Of a DNA stretch of 64,000 bases, positions 1 through 9,505 are shown in pieces (the stretch's first letter is position 1; every line of letters begins with the position of its first letter). The notes beneath the pieces were generated by a model. That model saw nothing but the letters and a program-made list of their open reading frames with translations. It was not told where the DNA came from and did no database searches. The translations under genes were made by a program, and so were the position numbers. Origin of the DNA: Candidatus Pacebacteria bacterium CG_4_9_14_0_2_um_filter_40_15 (GTDB lineage Bacteria; Patescibacteriota; Microgenomatia; UBA1400; PJMF01); the NCBI GenBank assembly GCA_002788675.1, contig PFRS01000001.1, forward strand, positions 106,204 to 170,203. Direction: 5' to 3'.

Positions 1-886
1 TGCCTTGATGAATAGTCCAAGCTCGAACTTCGAGCTCTCCTGCTGTTAAGTAGGTTTGCAATCCTAGCTGAGTAAACGCTCTGGAAATAAGTCGTTCCAG
101 TCCACTGGTCTTAAGTCCCAGCTCTTCTAAAAAGAGTGCTGCGTCTTCCTGAGCAAGTGTGGCAACTTCTGCTTCAATTTTTGCAGAAACTATCACCACC
201 TGATCGGCGTGCACTTCAAGCATATCGGCGTATTTAGTTATTTCAGCATCCTGATTGCCCACCACACTTTCGTCGACGTTAATCACGTAAATACTTTTCT
301 TGGCAGTAAGCAAACCTAGTTCTCGTCCTACTTTTTGTTTTTCTGGAGTGTCGAGCACGGTAGCTACAGGAATTCCCTCTCGGGCTGCTGTTAGCATGGC
401 TTCGATAACGTCCCATCTAAAGAGCAAATCTTTATCTTTTGAAGCTTTCGGAGGACGCTGCTTTTCGAGTGTAGCCAAATCTGCTAACAGTAATTCGGTT
501 TCGATAATTTCTTTGTCTGAAAGTGGATCAACACTGCCCTCACGCAAAATAGAGTCGTCGGTAAATCCGCGCACTACATGGCAAATGAGGTCAACTTCGC
601 GAATATTGGCTAAAAATTTGTTGCCCAGGCCTTCACCTTGTGAAGCACCTTTTACCAGGCCAGCAATGTCAACAAACTCGACTGTGGCCGGTTTTATAAT
701 TGTTGTACCAACGTGCTTGGCTAAAACCTCTAAACGTTCATCGGGAACTGGCACCACGCCTGTGTTTGGATCGATGGTTGCAAACGGATAATTTGCGGCC
801 AGTGCAACTTGGCGCTTTAAAAGCGCATTAAAAAGTGTGGACTTGCCCACATTTGGTAAACCAACGATTCCTGCTGAAAGTGACAT
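1..886 (-). CDS. ychF: Ribosome-binding ATPase YchF (Obg-family GTPase). The C-terminal part runs off the window edge.
   Basis: The minus-strand translation from the ATG at 886 reads MSLSAGIVGLPNVGKSTLFNAL, which is a G1 P-loop. The reading frame stays open to position 1. The plus-strand ORF 300-791 is its antisense shadow. Confidence 0.85.
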   Translation of the reverse strand, partial: MSLSAGIVGLPNVGKSTLFNALLKRQVALAANYPFATIDPNTGVVPVPDERLEVLAKHVGTTIIKPATVEFVDIAGLVKGASQGEGLGNKFLANIREVDLICHVVRGFTDDSILREGSVDPLSDKEIIETELLLADLATLEKQRPPKASKDKDLLFRWDVIEAMLTAAREGIPVATVLDTPEKQKVGRELGLLTAKKSIYVINVDESVVGNQDAEITKYADMLEVHADQVVIVSAKIEAEVATLAQEDAALFLEELGLKTSGLERLISRAFTQLGLQTYLTAGELEVRAWTIHQG

Positions 887-937
887 ATGAGGAGTATTCT
901 ACCATCTTGCACCTAAAAAAGCCTTGAGAAGCTCAAA

Positions 938-1447
938 TTAAGTTCGCTTTGCTGCAAATAGTGGTCTAAGCACTTGAAAATTAAATCGTGCTATTGGTAT
1001 TTGACTCGTTATATTCAAATCTTGTTCAGGACTCATCTTTTGAAGTAGTCCTCTATGAGAAAGTGCCATCAACACACAAAACGTTGCCGCAGCAGAGTTG
1101 CTAACTTCTATCTTTTGTGGAGTACTTGCTTCAGTTTGAAGTTGTTCATAGAACTTCAAATATACTTCGGGTAATAATCGCATTTGTTCAGGTGTATCTA
1201 AGGTGATGCTTTTTTGTTCAAGTTGCGCAAGCAGTTCAAAAAAATGTAGCAACTCTTCTTGATTATTTGAATGATTCAAAAAAATGTTAGTTATGTCAGC
1301 AAAATCGGAGATTAGTTTAGGAGTCAATTCACACTCCGGAAAAGCGTCAAGCGCTCGCTGAATTTCGGTTGTTATTTGCGGTTGAATAGTTTCAGACTGC
1401 TCAAATTCAGAAGCATTCATTACTCCGTAGAACTCATTGAATGACAT
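938..1447 (-). CDS. Hypothetical protein
   Basis: A 169 aa ORF with no recognisable motifs. Confidence 0.4.
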   Translation of the reverse strand: MSFNEFYGVMNASEFEQSETIQPQITTEIQRALDAFPECELTPKLISDFADITNIFLNHSNNQEELLHFFELLAQLEQKSITLDTPEQMRLLPEVYLKFYEQLQTEASTPQKIEVSNSAAATFCVLMALSHRGLLQKMSPEQDLNITSQIPIARFNFQVLRPLFAAKRT

Positions 1448-1482
1448 AGATATTTCTAGTATGTAGTACTACTTAGCAGTAT

Positions 1483-1520
1483 ATACAAAAAAAGAGGCCG
1501 GGAACAGATGTGTTCTCGGC
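1483..1520 (-). terminator. Rho-independent terminator for the lipoprotein gene
   Basis: A 12 bp hairpin, aggccgggaaca/tgttctcggcct, is followed by a T-run on the minus strand (seen as caaaaaaag on the plus strand). Confidence 0.55.
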
Positions 1521-1583
1521 CTACTATATAGAAAAGTTACAAAAGCGCGTAATGTACTAGGTAACTCGTGACGGATAAATTAG

Positions 1584-2411
1584 TTAAGTTCTGGGTCCAG
1601 TTGAATTCTCTGGCTGTGGCATGACGGGAACCACCCAGGTGTTAGCTGGGGGAATTTGAAATTCCCCTGCTCCTGGAGCCGGTGGGGATTGGTAGTACGT
1701 CTGATTTGGGTTGTACTTCGTATAAGGAAGTTGTTCCCCATTATCATTTAACGTACCATGCTGAGCATTCCGCGACCAAAAGCACTTGTAACCTAATGCG
1801 TTTTTGTCTGCAAAGGTTATCAAAGTTTGTGCTTTGTCAGGGTAGAACCTTGCAAAGTCTGTGATAGAGTTCTCAATTAAGTGGGTTGCAATTCCCCGGC
1901 CTTGAAAGGCCGATTCAACTTGCATCCAATGGATAACCGTCTCCTGTCCGTTGACATTCATCAACGCTGACTGAATAAAACCAATCTTCTGTCCGTCGGC
2001 CGTGTAGACCGTACGGGTGATGGTATTATCGGCAGCGTCATGATGGACTGTTGACCGTGCATTCGGCGGATACCCAGGCTTGTTTGAGCATGGGTCATTC
2101 GGATCCTGGTTAGGATCCCCAGTCGTCGTTCCTGCCTGATCGTAGTCAGCAGTCAGTGTTGTAGATTCGCCTTCTGAAATACGCATCACCTGCTCAGAAA
2201 AATCTGCAGGCAAAGGCATTGTAACAAAGGTTGGAAAATACGGAATACTTGCCGGTATCGTGATGTTTGGCATCACGAAACTCGTACTTGGCGGGAGCGC
2301 CAGCGTTCCTGCATCACCCAGAACTGGCATTGAGCTTCCTGTCCCACAGGAAGTCAATATAAATGCAAAAAACGGAATCAAAAATGGCCAAAATGGTCTT
2401 AATACCTTCAT
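1584..2411 (-). CDS. Lipoprotein with a C-terminal GNAT acetyltransferase-like domain
   Basis: The N-terminus carries a signal peptide and a lipobox (ILTSC). The C-terminal half has a QGRGIATHL motif that resembles the GNAT acetyl-CoA binding Q/RxxGxG/A signature. Confidence 0.5.
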   Translation of the reverse strand: MKVLRPFWPFLIPFFAFILTSCGTGSSMPVLGDAGTLALPPSTSFVMPNITIPASIPYFPTFVTMPLPADFSEQVMRISEGESTTLTADYDQAGTTTGDPNQDPNDPCSNKPGYPPNARSTVHHDAADNTITRTVYTADGQKIGFIQSALMNVNGQETVIHWMQVESAFQGRGIATHLIENSITDFARFYPDKAQTLITFADKNALGYKCFWSRNAQHGTLNDNGEQLPYTKYNPNQTYYQSPPAPGAGEFQIPPANTWVVPVMPQPENSTGPRT

Positions 2412-2570
2412 GTTTTTTCTCCTGGACTCAACAAAAAATTAAAGATCACAATACTATGCAGATTGCATAGCAAGCCCATAATATATCATAGGGCGATATT
2501 TTTTTCAAGCTGCAATACTACCTTTTAATCGAGGTATCATCAGTGTATTGATATAAAAAAAATGATTATT

Positions 2571-3161
2571 TTATGCGGCTGGTTTAACCATTCGCTTCTG
2601 AGTGATGACATACTGTATTGTTTTTAAAATAATAAATGAACCAGTAATCAAAATGAATTTTGCGTACTCGCCTTCTGCTTTTGATGCATGGAAACTTGCA
2701 ATTGGCAAAACTGCATACGCAACCATCTGAACTTTTTTCCAATTTCGCTTTAAAAGTCTTTGTGATAAATTATTTGATGTTAAGCCCAAGATCCACATGC
2801 CCATACTGGCAACCGCTCCCCAAATTATGAAGCCTTGAGGGTTGTAGACCATATCAAGCGACAAACCTCGACCCAAAAACATTCCCATAGCATGAAAAAG
2901 GTACATCCAAAAACTGGCAACTCCCAACTCTCTTCTAAAAGTCAGCGCTAGCGCAAATAATGGATGAGGATAAATAACTGAAACTGGCTTAATAAAGAGA
3001 TTTGCTGTCACAGCTAAAAGTGCTGCTTGCCCCAGAAGAACAAAAACGCTATCTGTTACCCAAGTTACTGCTGAAACAGCCAGTAAGATTGGCAATACAT
3101 AATAACTAAGGATTTGAATTGCTTTGCGTTGGGTTGGTGAAATCGTAAACATATACGACAT
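2571..3161 (-). CDS. Polytopic membrane protein, possibly a ferric-reductase/MsrQ-like haem-binding domain
   Basis: About six hydrophobic helices with conserved His residues in the transmembrane segments (YLFHAMG, ASFHAS). Confidence 0.35.
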   Translation of the reverse strand: MSYMFTISPTQRKAIQILSYYVLPILLAVSAVTWVTDSVFVLLGQAALLAVTANLFIKPVSVIYPHPLFALALTFRRELGVASFWMYLFHAMGMFLGRGLSLDMVYNPQGFIIWGAVASMGMWILGLTSNNLSQRLLKRNWKKVQMVAYAVLPIASFHASKAEGEYAKFILITGSFIILKTIQYVITQKRMVKPAA

Positions 3162-3769
3162 AGTTTACCACCTCCTTCACTCAAGAAAAAGCCAAAAAAA
3201 ATGGGCCCCGTAGGGCCCAGTTGTGCGCATTGTTTAGCCCCGTGTCACCTAGGTGACATCTGATCGGGCTTGTTTTTTCGCGCAAAGAAAATATTTAGTT
3301 TGTTTTTATAAACATAAGCGGGTGTTATTTCCACCCAATAGTGGTGTTTTTAATGAAAAATCCACCAGTCTGTTTCTTAAACAAACGTTTTCCTCCTTTG
3401 GTACTCATTTCGGCCATTCAGTATTGCTGCAGTGTACCTGCTGCTCTTTCAGCTTGAAAGAAGAATACTGAATTCTAGTCACTGCCCTCTTCACTTTTTC
3501 CATCCACTCTAGATTCGGGATGGTGTTGCTTGCGGGCTCTACCAATTCTGGGTTGTAAATCCAGAATACGATAGCAAGCAGCCAATTCGGACCACATACT
3601 TAGAGTTGTACATGATCCGAATTGGCCACTCACTCACGTGACTGACCAAAAGTAGTAAATGTGCAATTGGAATTACTTCCAATAAGACAGATAGTATAAC
3701 ATATATTATGGGATTAGTCAAGTTAAGTATAAAATGACATAAAAAAATCTCCAAAATGGAGATTAAAAG

Positions 3770-3817
3770 AGAAAGAGGGGGCCAAGGATTGAACCTTGGA
3801 CCCCCTCATTGGGTGTT
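3770..3817 (-). terminator. Intrinsic terminator of the ncRNA locus
   Basis: A 13 bp stem, gagggggtccaagg/ccttggccccctc, is followed on the minus strand by tttctctttt. Confidence 0.6.
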
Positions 3818-4254
3818 ATGGAGTTTTAGATGTTGGGTGCTCGCGTAGCACTCCACAACATCCAAAACTCCTCTGTCTCGCTCCGCGATGCGAGACCAGT
3901 GGGCCGCTCTCATGCGTGCCCATGTGTGTGCCGGTTTGCGCAAACCGGCTCAAAGAAGTTAGACTCACGACCATCTTTGGGCCTTTATTGTCTAACTTGG
4001 TTAGGGAGTTTGACTCAAGCTGGCTAATCTCCCAAGTAGAGCCACAAAGGCGCTTGCAGGGCGCCTGGCATGCCCCTCAACGGGGCGACAAGGCGAAAGC
4101 CACACTTATGGTGACTATCGCTCCGAATAGACATTCAGTATCTACTCAGAGCGACAGTCACACTTCCTAACTTTGGATGTGTGTTGTATCTAAAACTTTT
4201 AACGATCGTGTTTAGTGCAGTTGCGACTTAAAAGCCACGCTGAACTGAACAACT
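3781..4254 (-). ncRNA. Candidate structured non-coding RNA of about 470 nt, identity unresolved
   Basis: This is a GC-rich island inside an AT-rich genome and has no ORF of 60 aa or more on the minus strand. It sits between a perfect sigma70 consensus promoter (4257-4290) and a strong hairpin with a T-run (3785-3817). It contains internal hairpins such as ccggtttgcgcaaaccgg. Confidence 0.5.
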
Positions 4255-4256
4255 AA

Positions 4257-4292
4257 TAGCTATTATAACCTATTATTATAAGCTTGTCAACA
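4257..4292 (-). promoter_or_regulatory. Sigma70 consensus promoter, TTGACA-17 nt-TATAAT
   Basis: The minus strand reads TTGACAagcttataataataggtTATAAT, with an exact -35, an exact -10 and a 17 nt spacer. Confidence 0.65.
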
Positions 4293-4356
4293 CTTATTGG
4301 CCCCTAAAATAGCATCTCTCGAGGAAATTGGTCCTAAATTGCTCCGTAAAAAAGCG

Positions 4357-5433
4357 TTATTTGGGTGAAATTAGAACGGTTTTACCCGTTCCTTCAAGGT
4401 ATATGGGCTGCTCTTCAATTGTAATCGGACTGCCCTTTTTAAAGGTAACCTTCAGTAATAAACCGCGTCTCACGTTCTCTTCAAAGTACTGATCAAACAC
4501 AAAATTTCCTAAAGAATAGTACACAGGTACCCCATTAATACTCTCATGCTGTTGCACTACATGTGGGTGCGAACCAATGATAATATCTGCCCCAGCTGCA
4601 ACAAACTGACCAGCTAATGCCCTGTAGTACTCGCTGGCAATGGGTTGGTACTCAGTACCCCAATGGGTATAGACCACAACAAAATCTGGCTGCAAAGCAG
4701 CTTTTCTTCGAGTAAGTTCAGCAAGTAACTCATCAACGTCACCCCATAGAAACTGATTGTAGTTTACAAACAAGAACTTCATACCATTCTTTTCATATTC
4801 AACAAATGAATCATCCAGCCAAGAATCGCCACCCACACTTCCCCAGTGAGCCAGACCAGCTTGATTAAGTGTAGCTCGCGTCTGAGCCAAACCTTCTGCT
4901 CCAAAATTAAGAATGTGGTTATTTCCAAGATTGAGTAACACAAACCCTAAATCTTTAAGTACAGGTACAACTTCGGGACTAAAGGTAAAAATATAGTTAT
5001 TACTACTACCAACTGCAGAGCCAGAACTGATTGAGTCAAAATCGGTAATGGGACCTTCTAGGTTTGCAACAAAGCCATCAGCTGACTGTGAAAGCGTCTC
5101 AAAGCCCTCAAAAAGTTTGTCATACCCACCCATCACCGCTGCGCGCTGACGAATAAACCTATCAAACTGCAAATCACCACCAAAAACGAGCGTAACTTCT
5201 TGAGACTTAGGAACTTCTTGGGGGGGTACTGCTACAGCAGGTTCAACTTCCTGAAAAATTTCTTCTGGATCAGGTGTGACCAGTTCTTGATTACTTGTGT
5301 ATGCGGAATTAATTGTGAGCGCAATAGCGGTAATGATGACTGCTAGGAGTAGCCATTTTTTAGGTTCGCTAGAAGCTAATTTAGTGTGTAGCATTTCGTG
5401 AACAAGCATCACATATACCAAAAAGAGTGACAT
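4357..5433 (-). CDS. capA: CapA/PGA_cap family metallophosphatase (poly-gamma-glutamate capsule synthesis-like), N-terminally membrane anchored
   Basis: Motifs GGDLQFDR, LGNNH, THWGTEY and GSHPHVVQ are typical of the calcineurin-like CapA family. An alternative start near 5409 would reduce the overlap with zur. Confidence 0.7.
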   Translation of the reverse strand: MSLFLVYVMLVHEMLHTKLASSEPKKWLLLAVIITAIALTINSAYTSNQELVTPDPEEIFQEVEPAVAVPPQEVPKSQEVTLVFGGDLQFDRFIRQRAAVMGGYDKLFEGFETLSQSADGFVANLEGPITDFDSISSGSAVGSSNNYIFTFSPEVVPVLKDLGFVLLNLGNNHILNFGAEGLAQTRATLNQAGLAHWGSVGGDSWLDDSFVEYEKNGMKFLFVNYNQFLWGDVDELLAELTRRKAALQPDFVVVYTHWGTEYQPIASEYYRALAGQFVAAGADIIIGSHPHVVQQHESINGVPVYYSLGNFVFDQYFEENVRRGLLLKVTFKKGSPITIEEQPIYLEGTGKTVLISPK

Positions 5434-5758
5434 GGTGATGCTTAAGTGTATACCCTTCTGGCAGCTTACTTCTGTCTATCATACACTCAAGGTGGTCAAT
5501 TTTTTTACAAGACTCGCAGACAAAATGGTCATGATGTTCATTTTCCAAGCTGCGCAGTTCATAATATACTTTATCGCTACCAAAAGAATGACGGCACACT
5601 TGGTTTTCTGTCAGCATCTTTTCAAGATTTCGATACACGCTGGTTTTATTTACCATTGTACCTTTTTTTGCAAGGAATTCGAGAATTTCTGGAGCAGTAA
5701 GAAAATGTTTCTTCTCTAATAGTTGAATCAATATTTCTCGAAGATTTCTTTTTTTCAT
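5381..5758 (-). CDS. zur: Fur-family metalloregulator, probably Zur
   Basis: A winged-helix N-terminus is followed by HHDHFVCESCKK and CDAC metal-binding motifs. The gene lies directly downstream of znuACB. Confidence 0.75.
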   Translation of the reverse strand: MKKRNLREILIQLLEKKHFLTAPEILEFLAKKGTMVNKTSVYRNLEKMLTENQVCRHSFGSDKVYYELRSLENEHHDHFVCESCKKIDHLECMIDRSKLPEGYTLKHHHVTLFGICDACSRNATH

Positions 5759-6612
5759 AGTAGAACCGCAATCTGCTCTTTCACTTTTTTAAGTACGACA
5801 CTGAGCAAAAATAAAAACCCAGCAAAAACGGCTATCACCGCACCAGTGGGTAAATCGAGTCCAATGGACAAACCAATACCACCCACTACTGAAACTAGCG
5901 CAATGATTGGTGAATAGATAAATAGTTGTTTTATCGACTTGGCATGTAAACTCACTACTAGTGGAGGTATTACTAAAAATGCATTTATAAGCACCACTCC
6001 AACAAGACGTACACCTGAAACCACAGTAAGTGCCAAAATAAAATGATAGATCATTTCATGCAATGGAATGTTAATTCCTAGCAATCGAGCCTGATCTTCA
6101 TCAAGAGAAACCAACAGAAGTTTCTTAGCAATAAATGGCAGCAAGATGCTCACAGATATAAAAAGTACTCCCAAAAAAATAAGATCAGAAGAAGTTACCG
6201 CTAGCAAATTTCCAAACAAAAAACTTAATAAATTAGGCTGATACCCTGGTAACAGTGAAAAAGCGATCACCCCAATACCCATCGAAACTGGCAAAAGCAA
6301 TGCTAAAAGTGAATCAAATGAAAATCCAGTCTGTTTTCTGAACCAAGGTAGAAACAATGAAATAAGTACTGCGTAAATAGCAGCTGAAATAAGTGGGTCA
6401 ATTGCAAAAAAAAGTCCAATGGCCACACCAGCCAATGCAGAATGCGCAACAGCATCACCAAAAAAAGATGCTTTTCTAATCAGCGTAAATACTCCAACTA
6501 TTCCTGCCAAAATTGCCAAAAGCAAACCTGCTATCAGTGCTCTCTGAAAAAAAGTATAAGCTAGGAGCTCAGTAAAATCTTGTAGCATAGTGTATTGTGT
6601 ATCTGTCCACAC
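5755..6612 (-). CDS. znuB: Zn/Mn ABC transporter permease
   Basis: An ABC-3 family polytopic permease positioned between the ATPase gene and zur. Confidence 0.75.
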   Translation of the reverse strand: MWTDTQYTMLQDFTELLAYTFFQRALIAGLLLAILAGIVGVFTLIRKASFFGDAVAHSALAGVAIGLFFAIDPLISAAIYAVLISLFLPWFRKQTGFSFDSLLALLLPVSMGIGVIAFSLLPGYQPNLLSFLFGNLLAVTSSDLIFLGVLFISVSILLPFIAKKLLLVSLDEDQARLLGINIPLHEMIYHFILALTVVSGVRLVGVVLINAFLVIPPLVVSLHAKSIKQLFIYSPIIALVSVVGGIGLSIGLDLPTGAVIAVFAGFLFLLSVVLKKVKEQIAVLL

Positions 6613-6614
6613 AG

Positions 6615-7346
6615 TTACGTGTGATGTGCGTGTCCAAATAATTGTATTCCTTCACCATAGAGTTGCTTAAAAACTTCAGCCGTTAACACTTGTTCCGGTT
6701 TCCCCGCACATACTACGTTTTTTTTGATACAAAAAACAGTATCTGCAAATTGGCGAACCAACGCTATTTCGTGTGAAGCTAAGAGTACTGTTACATTGTC
6801 CTCTTTGGCTAATTTAGTCAGTAGTTCATAAAAAATTCGCTCGCCTTCAACGTCAACTCCTGCTTCAGGTTCATCGAGCATCAGAATTTCTGGTTCATGC
6901 ACCAGAGCGCGGGCCAGTAATAGTCGTTGTACTTGTCCACCAGAAATGTCTGCGATTCGTTCGTTCTTTTTATCAATTAAATCTACCTTTTTAAGAACAC
7001 TTAAAATCATTTTTTCTTTTTCTTTTGAAGAGTGATCACAATTAAGCAATCCAAGTTCTAAAAACTCATGAAGCGTAATGGGTATTGATCGATCAATAGG
7101 ATATCGTTGGGGAACATAACCAATATGACCATGAGTATTCTTCCGATGTTTGCCCACAATACTCACTGTTCCTTCGTACTCAACAAGTCCTAGCAGTGCT
7201 TTAATAACGGTTGACTTTCCTGATCCATTTGGACCGAGCAATACACCAACAGTCCCCTTTTTCATCGAGAAAGAAACATGCTCAATTGCATAGGAATTCT
7301 CGGTTGGATAGCGGACAGAAAGGTTTGTGACTGTTATTGCTGTCAT
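6615..7346 (-). CDS. znuC: Zn/Mn ABC transporter ATP-binding protein
   Basis: Walker A GPNGSGKST, signature LSGGQ and Walker B LLDEP. Confidence 0.8.
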   Translation of the reverse strand: MTAITVTNLSVRYPTENSYAIEHVSFSMKKGTVGVLLGPNGSGKSTVIKALLGLVEYEGTVSIVGKHRKNTHGHIGYVPQRYPIDRSIPITLHEFLELGLLNCDHSSKEKEKMILSVLKKVDLIDKKNERIADISGGQVQRLLLARALVHEPEILMLDEPEAGVDVEGERIFYELLTKLAKEDNVTVLLASHEIALVRQFADTVFCIKKNVVCAGKPEQVLTAEVFKQLYGEGIQLFGHAHHT

Positions 7347-7354
7347 ACTTTTTT

Positions 7355-8287
7355 TTACTTTTCTGAGTTAGAAAATCCTTCAGCTAAGTGCATTGCAAAT
7401 TCCTGGAGCGTGCCAAAGTAATCACTTGATAATGGATTTACATACTCAATTGGTACCTGTAATTCCTGAGCCAATGACTCGGCTGTTCTTGTGGAAAATT
7501 GCTTTTCTAAATAGATTGCAGAAATCTGCTCAGACGCAACCAGCTGCAAACTATCTTTGATTTGAGTAGCAGATGGTTCTTTACCTTCAATTTCAATAAA
7601 GCGTTGGGTCAGGTTAAACTCCTGTGCAAAATAGCCAAAAGCTGGATGGTACACTAAGAAACTTCTTCCCCAATGTTTATCAAGCATTTCATGCAAATCA
7701 GCAGATACTTTTTCAAGTTCTGCAACCACTGTTACGGCATTTTGGACATACCTATCGGTATAATCAGGATCTATCTTCTGTAACGCCATCACAATACTTG
7801 GTAATTGTTGAATCATGAGACGAGGTGAAAGCCATGTGTGAGGATCAGGTTGTTCTTCATCATGATCATCAGTGGCATCATGTTCATCCTCTTCGTCGTG
7901 GTGATGCTCTCCTAATGGCAAAAAGTCTGTTTCTTGTAGTGCTTCATTCAATTTTATAACAACAGTATCTTGACCACTTTCACTTAAAACAGTCTCAATA
8001 TTCTGCTCATACGGTAAATTTCCATTAAGCACAACAAGTTTTGCACTAGATAATCGCTTCATTTCTTGAGGAGAAGGTTCATAGGTTTCTGGGTTATACC
8101 CTTCAGGTACAATACTAAAAACGGTAACATCATCGCCAACAATCCGCTCCACAATATCTTGATACGGTAAAATACTCACCCCTATCTCAAAACGAGCATC
8201 ATTTTTTTGTTGAACAACACCGGGCAGTGAACAACCACCTAGTAAAATGGCTGTTGCAGTTAACAGCAATGACTTAAAAATTTTCAT
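7355..8287 (-). CDS. znuA: Periplasmic metal-binding lipoprotein ZnuA
   Basis: A signal peptide with GGCS and a His/Asp/Glu-rich loop (EHHHDEEDEHDATDDHDEE) characteristic of ZnuA. Confidence 0.75.
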   Translation of the reverse strand: MKIFKSLLLTATAILLGGCSLPGVVQQKNDARFEIGVSILPYQDIVERIVGDDVTVFSIVPEGYNPETYEPSPQEMKRLSSAKLVVLNGNLPYEQNIETVLSESGQDTVVIKLNEALQETDFLPLGEHHHDEEDEHDATDDHDEEQPDPHTWLSPRLMIQQLPSIVMALQKIDPDYTDRYVQNAVTVVAELEKVSADLHEMLDKHWGRSFLVYHPAFGYFAQEFNLTQRFIEIEGKEPSATQIKDSLQLVASEQISAIYLEKQFSTRTAESLAQELQVPIEYVNPLSSDYFGTLQEFAMHLAEGFSNSEK

Positions 8288-8340
8288 ATCGGTACTATAT
8301 CACGAGTAAATAAATAATGCAACAATGTTGCATTAATGGG

Positions 8341-8532
8341 CTACTCTTTTTCTGGAATAAGTAACCAACAGACAAAATAAGGAATAATTCCTGGAAGTCC
8401 ACCAGGCAATAAAAGAAGCACCCAGACAATTCTAATAATGGTCACATCAACATCAAAATACTTTGCTATTGCTGCGGCAACACCAAGAAATACTTTGTCG
8501 TGCTTTGGAATAAACAGTTTTCGTTTTGGCAT
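8341..8532 (-). CDS. PspC-domain small membrane protein
   Basis: A 63 aa protein with a VFLGVAAAIAKYFDVDVTIIRIVWVLL PspC-like motif. Confidence 0.55.
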   Translation of the reverse strand: MPKRKLFIPKHDKVFLGVAAAIAKYFDVDVTIIRIVWVLLLLPGGLPGIIPYFVCWLLIPEKE

Positions 8533-8650
8533 ACGGTAGTAGTATCACAAGAACCGCATCTCATTTCAAGCCACAGGAACAATTAATCGTTATAAGCATA
8601 TGATCAGATCTGCCTTCAATAAAAAAATGTGCATGTCGTATAATACTCAT

Positions 8651-9505
8651 ATGCAAATCAAGAAAGCCCTCATCACCGCAGCTGGACTCGGTACACGATT
8701 CCTCCCAATCACAAAAACTCTTGAAAAAGAAATGCTGCCAGTCTACAACAAACCTGTTATCGACTACTTAATTGACGACTGTATTCATGGTGGCATCACA
8801 GAATTTGTTATTGTTGTTAATCACCGCAGTACTCAAATTCAGGATTACTACACTCAAAATCCTGGGATTGAAGCCGAACTCAACCGGCTAGGAAAGCATG
8901 CTGCAGTTAAGACTATTGAAAGATTGCATCAGAAAGCCACTATTACTTTTGTAGTTCAACAACCTGACCAAGGCTATGGAACAGCCGTTCCACTTAAAGT
9001 TGCAAAAAATCACTTGATTGATGAAGATGCCTTTCTAGTACTTATGGGAGACGATTTCTTGTATAACGGCGAAAAATTTAGTGAAGCTAACCTTATGATA
9101 GCCCACTTTAAAGAAGCTCACGCTGCAAATGCAGCAACTGGCTTAGTTACCTGTTTGGAACGACCTGAAGAAGATCTCTACAAATACGGTATTGCCAAAA
9201 TGCACACCGAAAAAGGTCTTCCCTACTTAGATGCACTGGTTGAAAAACCTGCTCCTGGGACTGCTCCATCAAATTTAGCCAACATTAGCAAATATATTTT
9301 TACCCCTAAAGTTTTTGAACTACTTGAAACTCAGACTATTAATTCTGAATCTGGTGAACTCTACATTACTGACACAGCCACCGCCCTAGCAGAAATTTCA
9401 CCGGTAACCATTTATACTCCACAAAGTGAGTACCTTGATTGTGGCACGCCGCAATCTTGGTTTCATGCGAACTCTGTGGTAGCAAAACACAAAGAACTTA
9501 GTTAA
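8651..9505 (+). CDS. galU: UTP-glucose-1-phosphate uridylyltransferase (copy 1)
   Basis: KALITAAGLGTRFLPITKTLEKEMLPVYNKPVIDYLIDDC matches the GalU N-terminal nucleotide-binding motif. The ORF track starts at 8600, but the MQIKKAL start at 8651 is the likely one. Confidence 0.75.
   Translation: MQIKKALITAAGLGTRFLPITKTLEKEMLPVYNKPVIDYLIDDCIHGGITEFVIVVNHRSTQIQDYYTQNPGIEAELNRLGKHAAVKTIERLHQKATITFVVQQPDQGYGTAVPLKVAKNHLIDEDAFLVLMGDDFLYNGEKFSEANLMIAHFKEAHAANAATGLVTCLERPEEDLYKYGIAKMHTEKGLPYLDALVEKPAPGTAPSNLANISKYIFTPKVFELLETQTINSESGELYITDTATALAEISPVTIYTPQSEYLDCGTPQSWFHANSVVAKHKELS

Noticed and set aside
300-791. Plus-strand 163 aa ORF
   Set aside because: It lies entirely antisense to a clear YchF GTPase reading frame on the minus strand that carries a P-loop. 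It has no motifs and is a shadow ORF.
3796-4170. Plus-strand ORFs of 124 aa and 65 aa in the GC-rich segment
   Set aside because: They are confined to the GC-rich, hairpin-dense region, have no ribosome binding site, and have low-complexity Cys/Pro/Arg composition typical of spurious ORFs over structured RNA. The minus-strand ncRNA interpretation is preferred.
3781-4254. tmRNA or RNase P RNA identity for the structured RNA
   Set aside because: The 3' hairpin contains a TTCAAT loop flanked by GAGGGGG/CCCCCTC that superficially resembles a T-arm plus acceptor, but it is a simple perfect palindrome with a 6 nt loop. No RNase P P4 motifs (AGGAAAGTCCGG, ACAGAA) and no tmRNA tag-reading-frame signature were found by eye. 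The identity is left open.
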